A stretch of 24,000 nucleotides of DNA from positions 27,559-51,558 of the forward strand of contig JBGCDW010000054.1 of assembly GCA_045105775.1 (NCBI GenBank). The letters are read 5' to 3'. The notes under the pieces are model-generated. The model saw nothing but the letters and a program-made list of their open reading frames with translations. It was not told the DNA's origin and searched no databases. Below, one piece after another: positions 8,198-17,800 of this stretch. The position numbers and the translations under genes are program-made. Origin of the DNA: Aureispira sp. (GTDB lineage: Bacteria; Bacteroidota; Bacteroidia; Chitinophagales; Saprospiraceae). Each line of letters begins with the position of its first letter. Position 1 is the stretch's first letter.

Positions 8198-8378
8198 ATA
8201 ATAATGGCTACCAAGCACTTTTAGAGCGTTTGATAGCCATTTAGCTTAGGGCTTGCTTTGTCTTGATCCTCCAGTGCTAAAACATTATCCATAAATACCT
8301 GACATTTTTATACTTAATTCCCACTAAAAGAAAGATATTTACAGGCAATTTTCACATCACCTAGTTTTCTTACCAATT

Positions 8379-8828
8379 ATGATCAACGCCACTGAGCAAG
8401 CCTATTTGAGTAAATTATTGGCCGAGTCCGAGCAACAATTTCGTTACTATCTGACGATGGCTGCTGTTATCATTATTTTAAGCTGGGGTTTGTACTTTGC
8501 CTTGCGCCGTCCAGGGGCGATGATTATTGCCCTTATTTTGTCTGTGGGCTTGTGGTATTATCCTTGGCGTTATTTTCAGAAAGCGCAACTCTTGCGTTTA
8601 GATTTAGAAGAACAGGAAAAAATTACCCTTACAACCACTATTTATGATAAAAAAATTAGTAAAATCAATCGTTTACAACCCTATTATTATTGCTATACCG
8701 ATGAAGAGGATTTTGAAGTGAATCAAGCCCTTTACAACAGCATTCAAGTACCACAACAAGCCACGATTACCTACGCCCCCAACTCTGGCACCATCCTTCA
8801 CATTGCTCCAGCCAACGCTCCTTCTTAA
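8379..8828 (+). CDS. Hypothetical membrane protein (two predicted TM helices)
   Basis: Hydrophobic spans YYLTMAAVIIILSWGLYFAL and AMIIALILSVGLWYYPW. Its stop overlaps the next start (TAATG at 8826-8830), suggesting translational coupling. No recognisable family. Confidence 0.5.
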   Translation: MINATEQAYLSKLLAESEQQFRYYLTMAAVIIILSWGLYFALRRPGAMIIALILSVGLWYYPWRYFQKAQLLRLDLEEQEKITLTTTIYDKKISKINRLQPYYYCYTDEEDFEVNQALYNSIQVPQQATITYAPNSGTILHIAPANAPS

Positions 8829-9631
8829 TGAATTCTACCAAAAACAGTTTACTTTGGGAAGTCACTCCCCCACAACAAAACAGACCGTCTTATCTATTTG
8901 GCACCATGCACGTACGCGATAAACGGGTATTTGCCTCTATGGATAAATTGACTACTTATTTGCATCAATGTGATGCCTTTGCGGCTGAATTTGACTTTCA
9001 AGAAATTGATATACAAGCATTTGAACAAGCTTCTAGTCTTCCAGATTCAATTTCTTTGTCCACAGCGTTATCGCCCAAAGTTTATAAAAAACTAGAAAAA
9101 ATTGTTGCCAGAGAAACGCAGCAATCCTTGGAGCTATTTGAGCATCGCTCCCCTATGTTTTTGCTCAATCTACTAGCAGAAGTCCAACTGAGTGCCGAGC
9201 AGCAAGTCGCCTTAGACAAAGTGTTGTATAATTTAGCACAACAAGCGGACAAAACAATACTGGGTTTGGAAACATTTGAGGAACAATTGGCCGTTTTTCA
9301 GCATATCAATTTGAAGGAACAATACAGAAGCTTGAAGCAAGTGGCTACTAATTTTAAACGCTATAGATGTAGTTTGCACAAAGTAACTCAATCTTACTTT
9401 GAAGGCAACATTAATAAACTGTATCAACAAAGTAAACGTTCTATTGGTAGTTTACGAAGGGTTTTGTTGTATGAACGCAATCTTGTTATGGCAACAAGAT
9501 TTGAGGCATACACACAGGAACAAACCCTATTTGCAGCTATTGGGTCAGGGCATTTGGCTGGTGCCAAGGGGGTGTTGCGTTTGCTCAAACACAGGGGCTA
9601 TCGCTTGCGTCCGTTGTCCTATCAGCTTTAA
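8828..9631 (+). CDS. TraB/GumN family protein
   Basis: N-terminal LLWEVTPP...PSYLFGTMHVRD and C-terminal FAAIGSGHLAGAKGVLRLLKHRGYRLRPL match the two conserved TraB/GumN blocks. Confidence 0.8.
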   Translation: MNSTKNSLLWEVTPPQQNRPSYLFGTMHVRDKRVFASMDKLTTYLHQCDAFAAEFDFQEIDIQAFEQASSLPDSISLSTALSPKVYKKLEKIVARETQQSLELFEHRSPMFLLNLLAEVQLSAEQQVALDKVLYNLAQQADKTILGLETFEEQLAVFQHINLKEQYRSLKQVATNFKRYRCSLHKVTQSYFEGNINKLYQQSKRSIGSLRRVLLYERNLVMATRFEAYTQEQTLFAAIGSGHLAGAKGVLRLLKHRGYRLRPLSYQL

Positions 9632-9691
9632 TGATTGAAGAGCTATCTTTTTTACAAATTTTAAAAATTAATTTTTATAATATTTTTTTCT

Positions 9692-11014
9692 ATGAACAAC
9701 TTACCGCTCGAATCTTACTTCCAAAACTTAGGCATTCAACAACTCAATGCCATGCAGCAATCGTTCTTAGAAACAACGGCCTTGCAAAAGGATGTTATCT
9801 TGCACGCGCCTACAGGTTCGGGCAAAACACTGGCTTTTCTGCTGGGCTTATTGCAACAGTTAAACATTACGGATACCAATACCACACAAGCCCTCATCTT
9901 AGTGCCTTCTAGAGAACTTGCCTTACAAATTGACCAAGTTTTTAGAAGCTTAAAAACGGGCTACAAAATCAATTGCTGCTATGGTGGGCATCCTATTGCC
10001 ATAGAACTTCAAAACCTACAAACACCCCCTACTATACTGGTGGGTACTCCAGGTAGAATTGCCGATCACTTGCGCCGCGAAAGCATCACCACCGATAGTA
10101 TTACCCATTTGGTCTTAGATGAATTTGATAAATCCTTGGAATTGGGCTTTGAGAAAGAAATGGCGGCTATTATTGAGGCTTTGCCCAATATCCAACAACA
10201 CTTCTTAACCTCGGCAACCAATGCGATTACCCTACCCGAATTTTTATCCCTACAGCAACCGATTCGCCTAGATTTTGTCCCCCGACACCTTCGCAAAAAC
10301 GGGCTGGGCATCAAAGCTATTCTCACCAAAGGCAAACAGCGAAAAGAAGATTTCTTACAACTGGTGCAATGGGTAGGAAACGAGGCCACTTTGATTTTTT
10401 GCAATCAAAAGGCAATTGTAGAACAAGTCAGTCAATGGCTGCACCAACTCCAAATTACACACGGCACCTTTCATGGCGACTTGGATCAAAAAGACCGAGA
10501 ATTGGCCTTAATTCGCTTGAGAAATGGGAGTTATAATATATTGGTAACAACAGATTTGGCCGCTCGTGGATTAGACATCCCCAGCATTCAACACATCATT
10601 CATTACCAATTGCCTCACTCCGAACCCGAATTCATTCATCGCAATGGTCGTACGGCTCGTATGGAGGCCACAGGTACCGCTTATGTCCTTCTGGAAGAGG
10701 ACAAACCTTGGCGTACTTATTTGGACGATAGCCTAGAGTACATCGAATTGCCCCAACAAGTCGCCCCACTCCCCCAACCGTCTTGGGCCACGCTCTACAT
10801 CAGCGCAGGCAAAAAAGACAAAGTAAATAAATTTGACTTAGTAGGCGCGCTCTTCAAAAAAGCCCAACTCAAAAAAGAGGAACTAGGCTTGGTCGTCGTC
10901 AAGGAACATCACGCCTATGCCGCCGTCAAACGCACTTGTGTTAAACAGGTTATTAATGCCTTGCACAAAAAGCGCATCAAGAAGCAGCAGGTAGTGGTGG
11001 AATTGGCTCGGTAG
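9692..11014 (+). CDS. DEAD-box ATP-dependent RNA helicase with a DbpA-type C-terminal RNA-binding domain; motif II reads DEFD
   Basis: Motif I APTGSGKT, Ia PSRELA, Ib GTPGR, II LDEFD, III SAT, V TTDLAARGLDI, VI HRNGRTAR. The C-terminal segment LYISAGKKDKVNKFDLVGALFKKAQLKKEELGLVVVKEHHAYAAV resembles the DbpA RNA-binding domain. Confidence 0.9.
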   Translation: MNNLPLESYFQNLGIQQLNAMQQSFLETTALQKDVILHAPTGSGKTLAFLLGLLQQLNITDTNTTQALILVPSRELALQIDQVFRSLKTGYKINCCYGGHPIAIELQNLQTPPTILVGTPGRIADHLRRESITTDSITHLVLDEFDKSLELGFEKEMAAIIEALPNIQQHFLTSATNAITLPEFLSLQQPIRLDFVPRHLRKNGLGIKAILTKGKQRKEDFLQLVQWVGNEATLIFCNQKAIVEQVSQWLHQLQITHGTFHGDLDQKDRELALIRLRNGSYNILVTTDLAARGLDIPSIQHIIHYQLPHSEPEFIHRNGRTARMEATGTAYVLLEEDKPWRTYLDDSLEYIELPQQVAPLPQPSWATLYISAGKKDKVNKFDLVGALFKKAQLKKEELGLVVVKEHHAYAAVKRTCVKQVINALHKKRIKKQQVVVELAR

Positions 11015-11062
11015 GATTGGAGGGTCTCAGAAATCGGAAGGGTTTTACTTCTTCCTACCTAG

Positions 11063-11109
11063 TATGTCGTCCCTTCAGGACTTAATCCAAGTCCCAACGG
11101 GACGACATA
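11063..11109. repeat. Nested palindrome (REP-like hairpin) between the convergent helicase and Y1-transposase genes
   Basis: Outer 11-bp perfect arms TATGTCGTCCC (11063-11073) / GGGACGACATA (11099-11109). Inner 6-bp arms GGACTT (11078-11083) / AAGTCC (11089-11094). A partial third copy GGACGACAGGG sits at 11120-11130. Confidence 0.5.
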
Positions 11110-11161
11110 ACAAAAGAAAGGACGACAGGGCTGACTCCTCATCCCAAACATACCGCTCATC

Positions 11162-11596
11162 CTATTCCACTTCATACTTCTCAAGCAGCCCTCGATACTC
11201 CTCCTTAAAATCTGTTCTACGGTGATGCGCATGTTGATTCTTAATGCAATTCATAACAACATCTACTTGATGTCGATTAACAGAAAAAGCCCCATAACCA
11301 TTCTGCCAAAAAAAATGAGCAAGGCTTTCATCATTCGTCGTCATCCGCTTAGAGGAATAAGACGTTACCTTTTGAACTAAAGTCATCAAAGGTATCTTTT
11401 GAGACAATCGGCACAAAATATGAATATGGTCAACATACCCTCCAACAATTAACGCAGGACACTCATAATCCTGACAAATCCGTGCCATATAAGCATGTAA
11501 GTCTTGTTCATAAGGAACATAAATAAGAGCTTCTCGATACTTTGTACTAAAGGCAATGTGAATATAATTTTGCACGAGTGACTGTCCCATAGTCAT
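11162..11596 (-). CDS. IS200/IS605-type Y1 (HUH) transposase-like protein, RAYT-like and solo (no tnpB, no IS ends recognised)
   Basis: N-terminal block NYIHIAFSTKYREALI, HUH motif DHIHIL (H57-I58-H59), WQNGYGAFSV, and the C-terminal block CIKNQHAHHRRTDFKEEY. In the family this block reads Y-I-x-N-Q-x-x-H-H; here position 117 is Cys. Confidence 0.8.
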   Translation of the reverse strand: MTMGQSLVQNYIHIAFSTKYREALIYVPYEQDLHAYMARICQDYECPALIVGGYVDHIHILCRLSQKIPLMTLVQKVTSYSSKRMTTNDESLAHFFWQNGYGAFSVNRHQVDVVMNCIKNQHAHHRRTDFKEEYRGLLEKYEVE

Positions 11597-11818
11597 TAAT
11601 TTTCTTTTAGCCGATTACTTTAAAACTTACTCACAATTTCACTAAAAACGTATAATAATTTCATTACGAACACCTCTATTTTAGAAGCCCAACCACCATA
11701 AAAGCCCCAACTTTTCGTTAAAAGATTGTATATTGTTTGAACTGCCTAATGAGGTCAGTGAGAGAATAAGGTATAATAGATACCCAACTTTGCTTTATAA
11801 AGAAAGAAACAAACGCTT

Positions 11819-14800
11819 ATGTGGAATCATAGACCACTTTTACTACTTGGCCTTTTAGCTGCTTTACTCACTCTTGGAAGCACCCTAACTGCCCAAGTTA
11901 CCTTAACAGTAAGAATAACCAGTGGAAGCTCTACCACCACTTGTACAGATGGTTTTTTTGGCGGTGCGCCAGAACCACACTGGCGGGTAGAAATAGATGG
12001 ACAAGGTTACACCACCTACCCCAGACGTGGACTTTGTTTTACCAATGCTCCCAATACACAATATTCCGAAGTATTTAATTGTAGCAATCGTTATCCCGTT
12101 GACTTGCCTATTTGCCTAAGAGCATTTGAAGACGATGGTGGAGCCTGTATTGTAAATGAAAGTTGCTTGGAACAAATCTGCCAAAATTTTGCCACGCCTG
12201 CCCCAGGAAACACCCTCAATTACACCCTCTCTGTCAATGGTTCCAGTTCGGCCACGGTCAACTTTAGCATCACTGCCACAGGAAGTTTCAATCTCCCAGG
12301 AGCCGCTTACAATACGATTTGTAATGCCGTAAACTTGGGCACACTCAATTCTAGCAGCACCATTGGCAATAGCAATTTGAGTAATTATGGTAATTTTTGT
12401 GCAGACAATCTAGGGGAGCCTAATCCTTGGGGCAACAACAACGATCAAGGCGTTTGGTTTCAATTTACCACCAGTGCCAGCCCTGCTGCGGTCATTGATA
12501 TAGAAGCAGAAAGCGATCCACAAAACATTGGTAATGATATAGATTTACAAATAGCCATTTACGAATCCAGCAATGGTACTTGTTCGGGCACCCTCAGCCT
12601 ATTAGAAGACAGTTACACAGGTTTTGGATTGCTCAATGATGAAGATTTATCGGTCAATTGTCTACAACCCAATACCACCTATTTTATTCTAGTAGATGGA
12701 GAAAGAACAAACCTTATTAACAATGGCGGACAAGAAGGATTTTTTGGTTTACAAATCGTAGATGCAGGCGTATTGCAAGCAGCCGATGAAATTTGTGATG
12801 CAGAATTCTTAGGGCTAGTTCCTGCTGGTGGTGCTGTAGCCACCCCCAATCTTAGCCGTTCCAATGTTTGTGCCACCAACACCAATGACCCCAATCCAGG
12901 GGCATGGGCTTCGGATCAAACCGTTTGGTTTCGTTTCCAAGCTCCCCCTACAGGACATGTTATTATAGAAGCAGATAGCGACCCCTTACTCCCCTTATCC
13001 AATGATCCTATTGATTTACAATTAGCCCTTTATGGTACAAATAACAATACTTGTACAGGCACCTTAGATTTTATTGCCTCAGAATACACCCCTGGTTTAT
13101 TTGGAGAAGACCTTGATGTGCGTTGTCTCACCCCAGGGCAAAATTACTGGATTTTGGTAGATGGTTCCCCACTCAATGTCGATGGTATTTTTGATATAAC
13201 GGTACGAGATGGCGGTATTCCACCTGCCCCCAATGACTTGAGTTGTGATGCCATTCCATTGGGCGCACCGGGCAATGGCGGAACCGTAGGTCTCAACAAT
13301 CAAAACAATTACTGTGCGGACAACATTTTTGAGCCCATTCCCAGCAATTGGGGAAATGACCAAGGTGTTTGGTATACCTTTATTGCACCACCTTCGGGTA
13401 AGGTCGAAGTTCGCTTGGACAATGGCAATATTATCACAGGTGATAACATAGATTTGCAAGTAGCTGTATACGATCTTACGGGAGCTGTTTGTACAGGAGT
13501 ACCCAATGAAATACGCTCCCAGCACAATGGTATTGGAATACTATGGGATGAAACCATGGAAGTAGAATGCCTAGAGCCAGGGCGTGAATATTGGATTTTG
13601 GTAGATGGGGAAGGTTCTTTGATTGATCCTGACCTACAAGAAGGCACCTTTGATATTGAAGTCTTTGGCGATCCGCGCGATTTGGCCTCGCCTTATGATG
13701 CCCCTTGCAATGCCTTGGCATTGGGCGATCCTACTGGAGGTTCTATAGGCACCAGCCCCATTACCAACCACGGCTCGCAAAATAATTTCTGCGCCGATGC
13801 CGCAGGTGAACCCCAACCCTCAGGTTTTACAGCCGATCAAACGGTTTGGTATACCTTTGTCGCGCCTTCTACGGGAAATGTCAACATTGATTTGAACTCG
13901 GATGCTGTTCTCGGAGGCGTTGATCCTATCAATTTGCAAATTGCCGTGTGGGAAAGCCCCAGTTGTAATGGGCCTTGGCGCGAGGAAGTGAGTGGTGACG
14001 ATTTGATTTATGATGTGGATTTGGATGTTTTCTGTCTTACGCCAGGACAAGTGTATTATGTGCAAGTAGATGGAGCTCCCCCTGCAATTTTGGGTGGCGA
14101 AGAGGGGTATTTTGATCTTACCATTTCAGAAATTCCTTCTATTCCAGTGGCACCCAATGATTCTATTTGTAATGCCATTGCCTTGGGCAATCCCTTTGCA
14201 GGAACCGTGGGAGTGACCAATCAACAAAATTTATGTGCCGATGATTTGGGTGATCCCAATCCTTCGGCCTTTGGCACCGATCAAACCGTTTGGTACAGCT
14301 TTACCACACCAGCCACAGGCGGGCCTTTTGCGGTAGATATTGATGCCAACTCTAGTTTGCCTTGGCCTTTTGGCAATAGAGATGCCATTGATTTACAAAT
14401 TGCTGTTTTTCAGTCTAGTAATAACACCTGTACAGGCGTACTGACCGAAGTAGAAAGCAGCTATTCGCTTCTAGATTTATTTGACGAGCAATTGAATGTG
14501 GCTTGCTTAGAAGAAAATCGAACCTATTTTGTAATGGTAGATGGATCTTTCTTGGACGTACAAGGCTACTTTGATATTTCTATATCTGCCGCTACCCCTG
14601 TTCCCATTCCAACCAATGACCTTATTTGTCAACACGAAGATTTGGGCACCGTACCTATTGGCGGAAGCCTAAACAACGGGGTCAATTATTACAATTTTTG
14701 TGCTGATGTAGAACCTGGTGAGCCGAGTCCTTTTGGCATTGAACAAACGGTGTGGTTCTCATTTATTGCCCCCAACCACCCTGGCCTCAATGCTACAGCC

Positions 14801-17800
14801 AATGTGACCATTTCGGTAGAGTCTGACCCTGCCAATGTGGGCAACAGTGTGGATTTGCAATTGGCGGTTTATGAATCGAGTAATAATACTTGTACGGGTG
14901 CCATGACTCTATTGGAAGAGGGCTCGGACGATCCTACTTTTAGTTTTGATGCAGAAGTCAATGTAACCTGTCTCTACCCTGGTAGACGATATTGGGTACA
15001 AGTAGATGGTTCTATTATCAACCAAGAAGGCTATTTCCAAATAGAAGTAGAAGACGATGGGGCTGGTTTCCGTCCGCCTTATAATTTAATTTGTAATGCC
15101 GAGCCTCTAGGGGTTGTTCCCAATGGTGGAAACATCAACAATGGGGTCAATTATACCAATTTATGTTCGGATACAGAACCTGGTGAACCCAATCCCAATG
15201 CCTTTTCTATTGACAAAACCGTGTGGTTTACCTTTACGGCTCCTGCCTCTGGTAATGTTACCATCAATGCAGAAAATGACCCCAACAACATTGGTGACGA
15301 AATTGATTTACAATTGGCCTTGTATTACTCGGTCAACAATACCTGCTCTGGCCCTTTCTTAGAAGTAGATAGCGATCATGATATTTTTAATAAAGATGAA
15401 TCCCTAACCGTAGATTGCTTGGAAGGAGGTCGTTTATATTTCTTGCAAGTAGATGGCTCCAATGGAGCATTTGGGGATGAAGATGGATGGTTTACCCTCG
15501 AAGTGACAGATGATGGTGGAACCAGTAGCTTCCCTTACAACAACAATATATGTGCTGCACGCAATTTTGGAATACCACTCGCTCCACAAACCCTCAACAA
15601 TGAATCCAATGAATGTGCAAATGTAGAGTTAGGCGAACCAGGAGCAGGCAGTTATGCCACCCACACCGTTTGGTACGAATTTGTAGCGCCCCCTTCTGGA
15701 CGCGTAGAAATTGAGGTGACTTCTAGTAATATTTTCTTAGGAATGGATCCTGAAGTACGCCTGTTTTCTTCTAGTAATAATACGTGTACAGGCAATTTAT
15801 CCCAAATCGAACGTTCCAACTTACCTACTGCACTGATTCCAGAGAATATTGAGGCCAATTGCTTAATCCCAGGCAACACCTATTTCATTCAAGTAGATGG
15901 CTCTGGTTTGGTCATTGAGGGGCAATTTAACATTACCATCGAAGCCATCTTCCCCAATTATGGGACAGGGCTGGCAGGCGACCCAGAACCAAGCAACAAT
16001 GCTTGTGATAGTGCAATTACATTAGCGGTTCAGTCACAATCTTGCCTCAATGCTTCGGGCACCTTTACCAATCTCAATTATGGCTATCCCACCATCACTT
16101 ACAATCCTGCCTTTGCACAAGGCTGTGGAGGCAATTGTGGGGCTACTTGGTATCAATTTACCATGCCTGCTTCGGGCAATGCTGTTATTGAAGGCAATGA
16201 TGATAATATTGGTGGGGGAATTATTGGAGATTTCTCTGATTTGGTCGTGGCCGCGTATACAGGTACTTGTAACAACCTCACGCCTATTGATTGTGACCAA
16301 GGTGGCTTCACCAGCGATGTTTCCTTCCAAGTAGCCGCCGCTCCAGGCACCACTATTTGGCTGCAAGTGTTTAATGATGATGGTGATGACGAAGGCGAAG
16401 AATACCAATTGTGTATTTCCGAAGGTTGTGGTTTTGATGATTGTTTGAATGCTTTGGCTGTGCCCATGCTGCCCAATGTGCCTTACTGTTTTAATACAGC
16501 AGGAGCCAATGGCGAAGATGTAGCAGGCGGAAGTGCGGGCTATTTTGAATGTTCAGAAGGTGACAACCCCGAAAACTCCGTTTATTATTACTTTGTATCC
16601 GATTGTAATGGTAGCGATGTGACCTTAAGCGTCATCAATGCCGTTTCTAATGGTAATTGTATTTTGGGTATTACCCCTACCGATGGTTTTAATATTTCTT
16701 TGTTCCAAGATGCAACGCCTTGTGATAACAACCCCGATACCTTGGTAGATTGCCAGACCTTTACATCCTGTGATGTACAACCCGTCAACTGGTCACAAAC
16801 CTACACAGGACTCTCACCCAACACCCCTTATATCATTCAAATTGATGGTGGTTTTGGTGCCTTAGGTGGTGACAATGTGGGTGAAATTATGATTACAACT
16901 ACCACCGACCCTGTCGTCGCTCCTGTTTCTACGCCACTCTCTTGTTCTGGGTTGAATAATGGAACCGCTTCGGCAGTTACACAGGGAGGTGTTGGCCCTT
17001 TCACCTTCTTATGGAGCAACAACAGTACAGATTCTACCGCCACCAACCTAGCCGCAGGTACTTATTTTGTTACTGTTACAGGTAGTAATGGTTGTTTTGA
17101 TACCGCTAGTGTAGTGGTAGGCAATAGCACGCCTTTGATCGCCACTATTACCAATGCCTCGGATGCTACTTGTGGTAATAATTGCAATGGACAAGCTTCC
17201 GTAACTGCTTTGGGAGGTTCTGTAGCAACCAATTATACCTATTTGTGGAATGATCCCAATGCCCAAACTACGGCTACTGCTACCAATTTATGTGCAGGAA
17301 CATACACCGTGACGGTTTATGATGATAATGCTTGTTTTGATACCACTAGTGTAGTCATTAATGCTCCACCTCCTATCCTTATTCAAGTAGATTCTATTAG
17401 AAATATTGCTTGTGGGGGTACTTGTGATGGGCAAATTAGCTTGTCTGCTTCTGGTGGAACGGCTCCTAATGGTTATCAATACAATTGGTCTACAGGAGCA
17501 ACAACGGCACAAATCAGCAACTTATGTGCGGGCAATTATACCGTTACTGTAGCAGATGATAACGGCTGTACAGATACCTTAACCATTGTATTAACGCAGC
17601 CTAGCAGTGTCACACTGGCCTTGACCCAACAAAGTAATATTGATTGTAATGGAGATAGTACAGGCAGCATTGCTGTTATTGCCAACAATGGAACACCCAA
17701 TTATACCTATAATTTATACAACAATACAGGATTGCTCTCCAGCAACACCACAGGAAGTTTTGGTAATTTACCTGCTCAAGCTTATGGTATTTTGGTGCAA

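Noticed and set aside
8203-8241. 8-bp inverted repeat AATGGCTA/TAGCCATT after alkB, and the 7-bp repeat TTTGTAA/TTACAAA at 7033-7051, as terminators
   Set aside because: The stems are short or AT-rich, one has a large 23-nt loop, and neither is followed by a T-run. This is too weak to call.
9399-9912. ORFs 9399-9638 and 9631-9912, which overlap the TraB/GumN 3' end and the helicase 5' end
   Set aside because: These are alternative frames of well-supported genes. Their translations have no recognisable features, and 9631-9912 overlaps 220 nt of the helicase motif-I region.
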